Part shown: positions 1 to 7,917 of the stretch, piece after piece
Layout of the letters: each line of letters starts with the position of its first letter
Numbering within the stretch: position 1 is the stretch's first letter
Source: an uncultured virus (IMG/VR IMGVR_UViG_3300037149_000036)
Lineage: Duplodnaviria; Heunggongvirae; Uroviricota; Caudoviricetes
IMG/VR virus record: IMGVR_UViG_3300037149_000036
Direction: 5' to 3' (one strand)
DNA: 20,000 bases
Made by a program: the position numbers and the translations under genes
Notes under the pieces: model-generated
What the model saw: only the letters and a program-made list of their open reading frames with translations
What the model was told of the DNA's origin: nothing
Databases searched by the model: none

Positions 1-50
1 AGCGCGTCGGTCTTAGCTCTAATGATCTGGCGTAGTTCAAACTTCTTCAT
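1..50 (-). CDS. Partial ORF running off the window edge (MKKFELRQIIRAKTDA...)
   Basis: ATG at 50-48 overlaps the upstream stop (ATGA) and is preceded by GGAGGTG; only 16 codons visible. Confidence 0.55.
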   Translation of the reverse strand, partial: MKKFELRQIIRAKTDA

Positions 51-301
51 CTCACACCTCCGTGAAGTTTACTTGCAAGCCAAAACCCGAAAATAACTAC
101 GACGACGATGGCAGACCAAACCATGAGCGCGCACCCGACATAACTATGCGACGGCGTATCGTCGATCGTAATCCACCACGCCCCGCACTTAGGGCAAACG
201 ACGGTACCATCCTCCAACGGTCCGCTGTGCTCGATAAGCGCGCACCTTTCGCACGGTTGAAGGTGCGCCTTTCCTGGGCAATCAGGATCGATAATGTTCA
301 T
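47..301 (-). CDS. Small hypothetical protein with two CxxC motifs and a C-terminal transmembrane helix
   Basis: GAGGAG RBS; CERC and CPKC; hydrophobic ALMVWSAIVVVVIFGFWLA; packed in the operon. Confidence 0.75.
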   Translation of the reverse strand: MNIIDPDCPGKAHLQPCERCALIEHSGPLEDGTVVCPKCGAWWITIDDTPSHSYVGCALMVWSAIVVVVIFGFWLASKLHGGVR

Positions 302-310
302 GGCCGCTCC

Positions 311-1369
311 TCACGCTTTCGCGGTGGAAATGCTCTTCCACTCGCCGCCTCCTGACATGAGCACGTTACCGCCGATCTGCTCAAGCTCCACGCCTCGATC
401 GTAGTCGGTGTGGTCGTTGGCCAACTGCGTGATGGCGTTGGCGAGGCCGAAGCGCGTACGATCACCATGTTCGAGGAAAGAATAAAGCACGCTCTTCTTC
501 TCCTCTTCTTTGAGGAGGAACTTGTTCGCAAGCACCTCCACCACAGCCTGCGGATCTCCTTCCACGCGGGCCTCGGTCTGCTCCTTCAGGCGTTCCATCA
601 CGCGCCGGATGCCTAGCGGGGAAGAGAACTCGCGTATATGATCCCGCACACCGAACCAGAGCGCGTCGTCGGCTGCCTTGGTCGTCTCGGTCGAAACCTG
701 CACGAGATAGTCGCTATCGCCGACGACGCGCCCACCAAGATGCGCGCGCTTATTGGAAAACTCCGGGACGACCATGCCATTGAGGCACCGAAGCCGCTCC
801 ATGAAAAGCTGTATGCTTAGGGTGCCCATGCCCACTTCGGAGTCAGAAATGACCCACCCAAAGCGCACTGGATCCCCCACACGAAGCTCGCCTTCGGTTC
901 GTGGCGAGACAACGTGGATGTAGAGCTTCGATTCCGTGACGTTGGCCGAGACGATGTTGTACCCCGCCTCCTGGATCATGGGAAGGGCGCGCTCGGCCAC
1001 GTCCTCGTAATCGAGAGCGCGGTACCGGTCACTCAACCATGCGCGAGCCCTTCCTCCGAGCGTGCGGATCATACGCCGATCGGAGGACTTCGTTTGGAGA
1101 AGCCTGTTCACGTTGGTGGTGATGAGATCGGGCGCGTCCTCGCGGAGTCGATCGACGAAGCGCGACGGAATGCCCAGGTACGTGTTCAACTGCCCCATAG
1201 CGTGGTTAGTCATCGTCATGGGTGGGACGGAAGTGCGTGAGTCTCCCCATGAAAGCCTCTCGCCGTCCATGAGCTTCACCGCATTCGAGGGAACGATGAA
1301 GTCCTGCTTGGTACGCGCGTCCGCCATAATGCGGGAAACGAGATCATTGATGGTGATACCTTGAAGCAT
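311..1369 (-). CDS. DUF932-like phage protein
   Basis: 352 aa, AAGGAG RBS; motifs RAWLSDRYRALD, ISDSEVGMGTLSI, RLRCLNGMV and the C-terminal GLANAIT are typical of the DUF932/DUF945 family as recalled. Confidence 0.8.
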   Translation of the reverse strand: MLQGITINDLVSRIMADARTKQDFIVPSNAVKLMDGERLSWGDSRTSVPPMTMTNHAMGQLNTYLGIPSRFVDRLREDAPDLITTNVNRLLQTKSSDRRMIRTLGGRARAWLSDRYRALDYEDVAERALPMIQEAGYNIVSANVTESKLYIHVVSPRTEGELRVGDPVRFGWVISDSEVGMGTLSIQLFMERLRCLNGMVVPEFSNKRAHLGGRVVGDSDYLVQVSTETTKAADDALWFGVRDHIREFSSPLGIRRVMERLKEQTEARVEGDPQAVVEVLANKFLLKEEEKKSVLYSFLEHGDRTRFGLANAITQLANDHTDYDRGVELEQIGGNVLMSGGGEWKSISTAKA

Positions 1370-1372
1370 GTC

Positions 1373-1549
1373 CTACTCCTTTGGTTTGTGCCCAATACCG
1401 TTGAGCACGCCGTAATCTAGGAATTGCACGTGTGTCCCGTCGCTCGCCACAAGAACGCTCATTGCAACCGGGCGTTCGCCATCACCGTGCTTTTTGCTAG
1501 GCTCTGGTATGTCCAGAATTGCGTTAGGCACGCTCAGGTACGTGCGCAT
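1373..1549 (-). CDS. Hypothetical protein (58 aa, MRTYLSVPN...)
   Basis: ATG at 1549 lies directly after the upstream stop (1551); fills the gap in the operon exactly. Confidence 0.6.
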   Translation of the reverse strand: MRTYLSVPNAILDIPEPSKKHGDGERPVAMSVLVASDGTHVQFLDYGVLNGIGHKPKE

Positions 1550-1550
1550 T

Positions 1551-2099
1551 TTACTTCTCACCAAGTTTGGTGCACGACACTGTGACGACACTGAACTTCT
1601 CGACGCCGGGAACCTTTTTGCCTTCCGCCCACCGGGCCTTCACCGCCGTGTCGTTGAGCCGCCTCTGCACAAGATCGAACGCGTCGTACTTCTTGATGAA
1701 GGCTTGGATCTTGGCCCAATCCTTTGCGGTTGGCACGTCCTTCTTCTCTATGCGCACTTGCGCCACCTTGCCGCGCGCTCCGGTGGCTTCCTGTTTGGGA
1801 AGGTTGTTGATGATGAACTCCTTGACGCGCGCTTCCTTCTTGCCCACCTCCTCAGCTTGGGCCTCTATCGCTAGGCGCTGTTCACGGAGCCGATAAAGCA
1901 TGTCGCCCGCTCCGGCCACGGTCCTCGGCATGACGAAAGCATCTGCTTCCTTCCTCTGTTTGGTGGGCTCCGGCATCTTCCCGCCGCGACCGACGAAGGG
2001 CCGGTATTCCGCATCTGCGTCAACCGGCTTCTTTAGGCCGACGCGCTTCGGTGGCGGTTCGTCCACGGTTTTCTTCTTGCGGTTCGGGTGCTTGACCAT
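1551..2099 (-). CDS. Conserved-type phage protein (basic N-terminus, coiled coil, C-terminal DW...F..VQRR...VPGV motif), function unknown
   Basis: Start moved to ATG 2099 (GGAGG RBS). The C-terminal half resembles small proteins commonly found in phage replication modules. Confidence 0.75.
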   Translation of the reverse strand: MVKHPNRKKKTVDEPPPKRVGLKKPVDADAEYRPFVGRGGKMPEPTKQRKEADAFVMPRTVAGAGDMLYRLREQRLAIEAQAEEVGKKEARVKEFIINNLPKQEATGARGKVAQVRIEKKDVPTAKDWAKIQAFIKKYDAFDLVQRRLNDTAVKARWAEGKKVPGVEKFSVVTVSCTKLGEK

Positions 2100-2100
2100 A

Positions 2101-2295
2101 TTATGCCCTCCGCAAATCGGCAAGAGCACGCGTCAAATCGAGAGAAGATCGGCGCACTGCACCCTGTTCCTTGGGCTCAGATACAAACCAGGGTCCCAAT
2201 TCATTGTGTTTGACCGCTGCGGTCAACAGCATCTCGGCACGGGCGAGGAAGCGTTTGGCCTCAGTCATGGCAATTTCAAGCTCTGCTTTTCTCAT
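2101..2295 (-). CDS. Hypothetical protein (64 aa)
   Basis: ATGA overlap with the ligase stop, AAGGAG upstream; stop abuts the next start. Confidence 0.7.
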   Translation of the reverse strand: MRKAELEIAMTEAKRFLARAEMLLTAAVKHNELGPWFVSEPKEQGAVRRSSLDLTRALADLRRA

Positions 2296-3206
2296 TTCGG
2301 CATATCTCCTTTGTGGCGAATACGGAAGAACACCGGTTGTCGAGGTTTATCCTTGACGCCAATCTTGAAGCTCTTGTAGGTGATATGGATTTGGGCGGGC
2401 TCCATGCGCTCTCGCCTACTCTCGAACTTGTCCCACCACCACTGGCGCTCTTCTGCGGTGAATCCAGTTCCGCACTCGAACTCGATGCCGCTTTCAACGT
2501 CACGGCATTTGAGCGCGCCCATGGTGCCGCCGCCGAACTTGCCCGCTTGGTGCGTGGAGCGCTTGAGCTTGCCCACCTCGTTCATCTTCTGTTCGTTTCC
2601 GTTGTGCTGTAGCTCCACCATGCCGATGACGAGCGCTTCCGCATCGACGAAGCGCTTGAGCTTAATGGCGAATCCCTGGTTGAGCGTTGAGCACCCTTGC
2701 TTGTAGGGTCCGTTCGGTGCGCGGAGGATCAGTCCCTCGTAACCTAGAGTTAGCGCGTGCTTCTCGTACTCGAGCACGGAATCCCACGACTTGCAAAGGT
2801 GCTGGTGAATCTTGATGACGTTCGCGGGCATCTTCACCCCCATTCGTCGAAGCCGCTCCTCGAATGGATCTTCGTATTCAAAATTATCGAATACGTACCA
2901 CCGAACGTCTGGCGTGCCGTCAGCCTTCATCACTGCTGAAACGGTTTTGTTGTAGACGAGCGCATCGGTAGGATCGCCAAGAATGAGCTCTCCGTCGAAG
3001 CCCTGTGCGTCTTCAAAAAGCTCTCGAACGTAGTTGTTCGGAATTGGTTTGAACGTGCGCGAGAGGAGCGTGCTATCTTGCCCAATAGCACGAACACCGT
3101 CAAGCTTGAATGAGGCGTAGAGCGGAAGATGTGCTTGCACGATGGCAAGCTGTTTGGCGTTCTTCGGATTGAACTTCGCCGCCAAGAGTGGCTCGCTAAT
3201 GTGCAT
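2292..3206 (-). CDS. lig: ATP-dependent DNA ligase (minimal: adenylation + OB domain)
   Basis: Motif I KLDGVR, motif III FDGEL, IIIa WYVFD, IV YEGLILR, V IKLKR; OB-fold CGTGF and C-terminal PRQPVF..IR. Confidence 0.95.
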   Translation of the reverse strand: MHISEPLLAAKFNPKNAKQLAIVQAHLPLYASFKLDGVRAIGQDSTLLSRTFKPIPNNYVRELFEDAQGFDGELILGDPTDALVYNKTVSAVMKADGTPDVRWYVFDNFEYEDPFEERLRRMGVKMPANVIKIHQHLCKSWDSVLEYEKHALTLGYEGLILRAPNGPYKQGCSTLNQGFAIKLKRFVDAEALVIGMVELQHNGNEQKMNEVGKLKRSTHQAGKFGGGTMGALKCRDVESGIEFECGTGFTAEERQWWWDKFESRRERMEPAQIHITYKSFKIGVKDKPRQPVFFRIRHKGDMPK

Positions 3207-3369
3207 TGCGCACCTCGATTCTGGCGGGTTGCTTTTCGGGCACTACGTGCTCCACACCGTTGACCCACACGGTATTGCACTGCGAGTGGAAGTCTTCGTG
3301 CCACATTCCGCACTTCTGGCACAAGCTACCTTTTGCCCTTGGTTGAAGTTTCTTTGCCTCTTCTGACAT
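3196..3369 (-). CDS. Possible small CxxC protein (start uncertain)
   Basis: Fills the gap between the J-domain gene and the ligase; CQKCGMWH...C. ATG 3369 overlaps the upstream gene by 44 nt; shorter starts are possible. Confidence 0.4.
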   Translation of the reverse strand: MSEEAKKLQPRAKGSLCQKCGMWHEDFHSQCNTVWVNGVEHVVPEKQPARIEVRNAH

Positions 3370-3664
3370 GCCCTGTGCCTCGACATTCTTTGCATAGCGT
3401 TGGTTTGTTGGTCCGTGGGTGATATTTCGCACCCGCCCCTTTGCACACATGGCAAACGTCCATGGTGAGAGATAACTTTCCATCATACTTTTTGCGCTGG
3501 TTTGGGTGAATGAGGACGTTGTACGCTTCCACGATCTCCACGAAGGTAGAAATGTCACCGCCAACGTCGGGGTGGTGCACGCGCGCCAAGTCCCAGTAAG
3601 CATGTTTGATCTCCTCCTGTGTAGCGTCGTGGTGAACCACGAGAACTTCGTAGTAATGTTTCAC
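3326..3664 (-). CDS. Minimal DnaJ-like protein: J-domain plus one zinc-finger (two CxxCxGxG motifs), 112 aa
   Basis: GTG start overlapping the upstream TGA; YYEVL..., EEIKHAY..LA..HHPD, EAYNVL, RKKYD; CHVCKGAG and CKECRGTG. Confidence 0.9.
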   Translation of the reverse strand: MKHYYEVLVVHHDATQEEIKHAYWDLARVHHPDVGGDISTFVEIVEAYNVLIHPNQRKKYDGKLSLTMDVCHVCKGAGAKYHPRTNKPTLCKECRGTGHVRRGKETSTKGKR

Positions 3665-3846
3665 GCGAGCCACCCGCGCTTCACGACCTCCGTCCAAAGC
3701 GCTTCTGTGGTATCGCAAGCTGCGTGTGCGGCGGCTTCTGCGGTGACGTTCATCTTGGTCAACTCCGCGTTGGCTGCGAAGGCTATGACAATCTCTCTGA
3801 CCAAGCCCATCTTCCACGCGCCGATGATATCTGCGCCGACGTTCAT
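3661..3846 (-). CDS. Hypothetical protein (61 aa)
   Basis: AAGGAGG RBS; 4-nt overlaps with both neighbours. Confidence 0.75.
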   Translation of the reverse strand: MNVGADIIGAWKMGLVREIVIAFAANAELTKMNVTAEAAAHAACDTTEALWTEVVKRGWLA

Positions 3847-4745
3847 GCCAACCTCCTTCGAACGCTATGATTGTGGGAATCGTACTCCTTGTTTTCGCAC
3901 CGCCGAGACGTCACGCGAATGACGCCGCTGTGGCGCATTTCGTACTCCGTGCCATCGGGCATGCGGCCCACGCGAGGCTTTTCCTTGGGAACGGGGCTTC
4001 CGGCCCTCTTGGGCGCGTCGTAGGCCACGAGGAGCTTGGGAAAGGCCCTTCCGGGCACGTAGTGAAAGCGGAGCTTCATACGACGGTGCGACGCGTCGCC
4101 CCGCTTGAGAGGCAGGTAGTCCTCCGCAAGCAACGATCCGCCGTGTGCTGCAATGTCCTCGGGTGTGACTATGCAGAAGTCCGGGCCTTCGGGGCGCATC
4201 GCCTCTGCCGCCAATGCCTGCACCATGAAGTTATTTTGAGGCACATGGCCGATGTGCCCAACGGAAACGACCTTCTCTTCGTGACCATCGGGGAAGATCA
4301 CGTCGTCGCCAATCTGCGTACCGTCTTTCGTGGCGATGATTTCAAGCGCTTCATGCAAACCCTCGGCCTTGAGTGGGCAGGTGTTGCCTTGGTCGCCGAG
4401 ATAGGCATCACGGATAGCGCGGCACTCCTCGGTGCGCACCGGGATATTCTGCAGGTTGGGATCGGCGTAAGCGCGCCGCCCGGTGACTGTAGCTGCTGCG
4501 TTCTCGATGATTGTCTCCTCCGGCACCGCGTCTTCAATGTCGGTGCCACAACTGCGCCCTATTCCGATGATCTGCTGATCCTTGCTCGCGGACTCGTAAA
4601 TCTCTACCGATGCTCCGCAATCCTTGCACGAAGACATCCAAGACCCCTCGATGCCTTGGATTCGTTGAAACTTGCCAAGATTGTGGCCTTCACCTATTGC
4701 CTCGTCCTGTGCTTTCTTCTTGAGAATTTCTATTAATCTAGGCAT
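3843..4745 (-). CDS. Hypothetical protein (300 aa) with an N-terminal H..CxxC..C putative zinc-binding domain
   Basis: Start moved to ATG 4745 (AAGGAG RBS, MPRLIEIL...); the upstream extension in the ORF track overlaps another gene. Confidence 0.8.
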   Translation of the reverse strand: MPRLIEILKKKAQDEAIGEGHNLGKFQRIQGIEGSWMSSCKDCGASVEIYESASKDQQIIGIGRSCGTDIEDAVPEETIIENAAATVTGRRAYADPNLQNIPVRTEECRAIRDAYLGDQGNTCPLKAEGLHEALEIIATKDGTQIGDDVIFPDGHEEKVVSVGHIGHVPQNNFMVQALAAEAMRPEGPDFCIVTPEDIAAHGGSLLAEDYLPLKRGDASHRRMKLRFHYVPGRAFPKLLVAYDAPKRAGSPVPKEKPRVGRMPDGTEYEMRHSGVIRVTSRRCENKEYDSHNHSVRRRLA

Positions 4746-4755
4746 TTCGTTCTCC

Positions 4756-5049
4756 TTACGCGTCATGCTTGTGCGGGGCGTTGTTATGCGGTGCAAGCCA
4801 CTTCGGATTGACCTGTGTGCACTCCGCGTCAGTGTATTTCGTAAGTTGCCGACGCTTGGCATTGGCGCGTAAGCGCTCGGCGCGATGGACGATCTGCTTG
4901 GTTGCGGGACGCATCTTAGCGTCGTTAGAAGGTAAGCACTCTCTGTAAGACTCGGCATTGAGCCGTGCGTTCCTTTCCGCGTCGATGGGCGTACAGGCCG
5001 TCATCTGGAACGTATTGCCGGTCTTGGTGACGAAGGTCTGGATGATCAT
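4756..5049 (-). CDS. Hypothetical protein (97 aa)
   Basis: GAGGAG RBS; 10-nt gaps to both neighbours. Confidence 0.75.
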   Translation of the reverse strand: MIIQTFVTKTGNTFQMTACTPIDAERNARLNAESYRECLPSNDAKMRPATKQIVHRAERLRANAKRRQLTKYTDAECTQVNPKWLAPHNNAPHKHDA

Positions 5050-5059
5050 TGCGCTCTCC

Positions 5060-5416
5060 TCACGAGTGACACTCGTTTACAACTGCCGGGCCAACGATCT
5101 CATTGGCCCGGCGCATTTTCAGGTCCACCTGTACCCACGCTTCACATGTCTTGCATGTCGAGCACGCCATTGTCTCGGCGTTGCTAAAATTAATGAGCTT
5201 ATGCCCTAGCTTTTCAGCCATAGCGCGCGCTTTCGTTTTCAGTGCCGCCAAGGTTCTACGTTTATTGCCGTTCTTCTTACGCTTTGGTACCGGCATTCGT
5301 AGGCGCTTGGCAAGCGTTACCGGCTTCGGGGCGGAAGACGCCGTACGCGTCGGGATCGTAAAACGCCGGACTCCCACCCCCATCGTCCGCGCCGAGTCCG
5401 GTAATCGCTTAGTCAT
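5060..5416 (-). CDS. Basic hypothetical protein with a C-terminal H..CxxC..C putative zinc-binding domain
   Basis: 118 aa; Arg/Lys-rich N-terminal half; LGHKL..F...CKTC...C; fits operon spacing. Confidence 0.75.
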   Translation of the reverse strand: MTKRLPDSARTMGVGVRRFTIPTRTASSAPKPVTLAKRLRMPVPKRKKNGNKRRTLAALKTKARAMAEKLGHKLINFSNAETMACSTCKTCEAWVQVDLKMRRANEIVGPAVVNECHS

Positions 5417-5425
5417 GGTGCGATG

Positions 5426-6115
5426 CTACTTGCGGGCCGCACGCCGAGCGGATCCCGCTACCGGCTTCTTGATCTTGTCGTCGGTGTTGGCGCCCCTCTT
5501 CATCTTCGGCGCCGGTCCCTTGGCGGCGGTCTTCGACTTCTTCACCGGCACGGCTTCCATCTTGGCTGGCTTCTCGGGGGCGCCCTGGGAAGAGAGCTTC
5601 TTCTGCATTTCGGCGATCTGCTCTCCCTGCGCTTCGACGAGGGCTTCAAGGGCCGTCACGCGCTCGTCGAGGCCGTCGTCTTCGTCTTCGTCTTCGTCTT
5701 CGTCGTCGTCTTTGTCTTCGTCTTCGTCTTCGTCTTCGTCTTCGTCTTCGTCTTCGTCTTCGTCTTCGTCTTCGTCTTCGTCGTCGTCTTTGTCTTCGTC
5801 TTCGTCTTCGTCTTCGTCTTCGTCTTCGTCTTCGTCTTCGTCTTCGTCTTCGTCGTCGTCTTTGTCTTCGTCTTCGTCTTCGTCTTCGTCTTCGTCTTCG
5901 TCTTCGTCTTCGTCAACGACGGCGGTTTCGTGGATGCCCTCCTTGTCCATGCCGACGCACATGGTGTTGAGGAAGGCGAGCAGTTCGGGCTTCCCGGTAG
6001 GGACGTCGAAAGGAACGATCTTCCCGTCGTATTCCTTGTTTACTTTCTTCGCCTCAACCTGCGAACCGGCCCACGCCCTGATGATTTCGTTGTCTTCGAC
6101 GGCATAAAATTGCAT
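5426..6115 (-). CDS. Protein with an ~80-residue Asp/Glu tract and a Lys/Ala-rich basic tail (229 aa)
   Basis: Start moved to ATG 6115 (GGGAG RBS, MQFYAVED...); the frame stays open across the repeat. Confidence 0.8.
   Translation of the reverse strand: MQFYAVEDNEIIRAWAGSQVEAKKVNKEYDGKIVPFDVPTGKPELLAFLNTMCVGMDKEGIHETAVVDEDEDEDEDEDEDEDEDKDDDEDEDEDEDEDEDEDEDEDEDKDDDEDEDEDEDEDEDEDEDEDEDEDKDDDEDEDEDEDDGLDERVTALEALVEAQGEQIAEMQKKLSSQGAPEKPAKMEAVPVKKSKTAAKGPAPKMKRGANTDDKIKKPVAGSARRAARK
5675..5914. repeat. Hexanucleotide microsatellite (TTCGTC)n / (GACGAA)n, ~240 bp, with three regularly spaced interruptions
   Basis: Read directly; TTT (Lys codon on the minus strand) at 5711, 5789 and 5861 gives higher-order units of 78 and 72 bp. 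Confidence 0.98.
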
Positions 6116-6413
6116 GTCAATCTCCCATGTTGGCGAATACGCCATGGAGTTGTTTAGCGGCGACACGATACGCACGATGCGTATCAGCCGCACTGGTGGA
6201 ACATCCATAATGCTGTTTAACCGCCTCATTCCAAAATGGCGCCTTGTCTCTAGCACTAATGAGGTAGAAGGTGGGCATTCAAAGATCCTTGAAACACGCG
6301 CCACGCTTGGCTTGGGGCGGATTCACGGGTGAATTACCGTTTTGTCGTATGTAGTTGTCGCATAGCTATGTAGCGCCGTAGCTAGGTTGCGGTTGAAGTT
6401 TTGTTGAACGTCA

Positions 6414-6465
6414 ATAATGCCGTACGCGATTTATGGGGTCAAGCACTATTTTTAAAATTTTATTT
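6414..6465 (-). promoter_or_regulatory. Sigma70-like leftward promoter with AT-rich UP element
   Basis: -35 TTGACC (6442-6437), 17-bp spacer, -10 CATTAT (6419-6414), preceded by AAATAAAATTTTAAAAATAG. Confidence 0.7.
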
Positions 6466-6586
6466 GTTGATTTGTAGCGACTTAGCTACTTCTTGATCTT
6501 TTCAATTGCACTTATTTTTCATACCAAGTTTTGTTAGTGCACTAATTTTAGTGCATATTTTCGTAGCAATGTAGCGGTAATCTGCA

Positions 6587-7840
6587 CTACTTCTCCCTCG
6601 TCGCAGCTTCCATGAACAAACGGCTGAATAGGGCTGTGTCGTACGCTCCGTGCCGCAGCTCTAACCATGCATGTTCATGGTGAAGATTTAGCGCTAGCAA
6701 GCTAATTCCGTTGACGAATCGCTCGATGATTCTCAGGCGCTCTTTCTTTTTTGCCGCAAGCTCGGCATCTGCGCGCAACAGCTTCATCTCCTTCACCTTG
6801 TCGATAATGTCAGCGCACCCGGTAATTGTCGGGTTAGGGTACTTGGCCCCCACTTCTACGGCCACTCCATCGAGCGCGGCCATGTAGGCGTCGGCTCGGA
6901 ATTGTTGCTGATCGGCACGCTCCTTGAGCTTCTTGATGGCGTCCCAAAGCTTCACGCCTGGAGTGTGTGCCGGTGGAAGACAAAGGAGCGTGCGAACGCT
7001 ATTCTCCCAACGTACGCCGTGCTCTTCTCGCTCCTTGAACTTCTCTATCTGCGCTTCAAGCCGCGCTACTTTCTTCCGCGTGGCATCGAGCGTTACTGTA
7101 GTCGGCTCTTTGCTAAATTCTAGGATCACGGCTTCCTGGCTGGCGTTGCGATCGGCCAGATCACCAAACTTCTTCATGATGAGCGTGGGGAGGTGGTCCT
7201 CAATGGTTGCGCCGATGACGGAGCGCACTTCGCGAAGCTGTCGATCTAGATCGTCAATCTTGTGCCGCGCATCCATGTGGTTCTGGACGTTGAAACTAAA
7301 CTCTCGCTTCGTAGCCTCTATTTTAGCCTCCACCGCTCTAGGCACGGTGTCCCATGCAAAAAAAGTTCCTGTGCTAGGATCGAGGATCTTCATGATCTCC
7401 GACAAGCGCGCACGATGGGCGTCGATCTCCCTCGTTTGCTGCGCCCTCGTTTGCTGTGCTACCTTCAAAAGCGCTTCGATCCGCACTTTGTCGTTCATGC
7501 TTTGCGTAGTGGCGCTGTCGGCTAATCTTCGCTCAAGCTCATTGCACTTGATCTTGAGATCCTTCACACCGCCGAGAATGGCGCGGTTGTTCTCGGGAAG
7601 CCCAAGCTCTTTAGCCACGCGCTCTTCCCAGGCTTTCTCTGTTTCGATGGCGCTCTCAAGCGCTTTGACGCGCTCCTGTAGTCCCGTGATCCTGTTGTCA
7701 AGAGCGTGGACGTGGGCGACGTGTGATGCGTTCGCGGCCTCAAGTGCCGCGTTCCTCTCAGTGAGCGCGCCGAGTTCTTGGAGCGCTTCCTTCACCGCGT
7801 CTGCGTTCATGAGATCTATCTTGATGTTTATGTTCGCCAT
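6587..7840 (-). CDS. Long coiled-coil protein (417 aa) with degenerate internal repeats
   Basis: CAGGAG RBS; heptad-rich segments such as ELGALTERNAALEAAN and ITGLQERVKALESAIE. Confidence 0.85.
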   Translation of the reverse strand: MANINIKIDLMNADAVKEALQELGALTERNAALEAANASHVAHVHALDNRITGLQERVKALESAIETEKAWEERVAKELGLPENNRAILGGVKDLKIKCNELERRLADSATTQSMNDKVRIEALLKVAQQTRAQQTREIDAHRARLSEIMKILDPSTGTFFAWDTVPRAVEAKIEATKREFSFNVQNHMDARHKIDDLDRQLREVRSVIGATIEDHLPTLIMKKFGDLADRNASQEAVILEFSKEPTTVTLDATRKKVARLEAQIEKFKEREEHGVRWENSVRTLLCLPPAHTPGVKLWDAIKKLKERADQQQFRADAYMAALDGVAVEVGAKYPNPTITGCADIIDKVKEMKLLRADAELAAKKKERLRIIERFVNGISLLALNLHHEHAWLELRHGAYDTALFSRLFMEAATREK

Positions 7841-7917
7841 TTCTTTCTCCTGTTGGTAGTGGCACAGTGTTTCGTCGATCGTTTTCTATAGCTCTTTGGA
7901 CACGGTGATCGCCATCG

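Noticed and set aside
5675..5914. Possible CRISPR-like array
   Set aside because: No unique spacers; it is a simple coding microsatellite.
5103..6157. Poly-Ser, poly-(Val-Phe) and poly-(Thr-Lys) ORFs across the microsatellite
   Set aside because: These are stop-free shadows of the hexamer repeat; only the Asp/Glu frame has an RBS and fits the operon.
6924..7859. 311-aa plus-strand ORF, and similar long antisense ORFs at 3867-4736 and 14408-15394
   Set aside because: Antisense shadows of GC-rich genes with no RBS or recognisable motifs.
7886..7888. Genome-wide TAG stop-codon reassignment
   Set aside because: Several well-supported genes end in TAG right before the next gene, and long genes are intact under the standard code.
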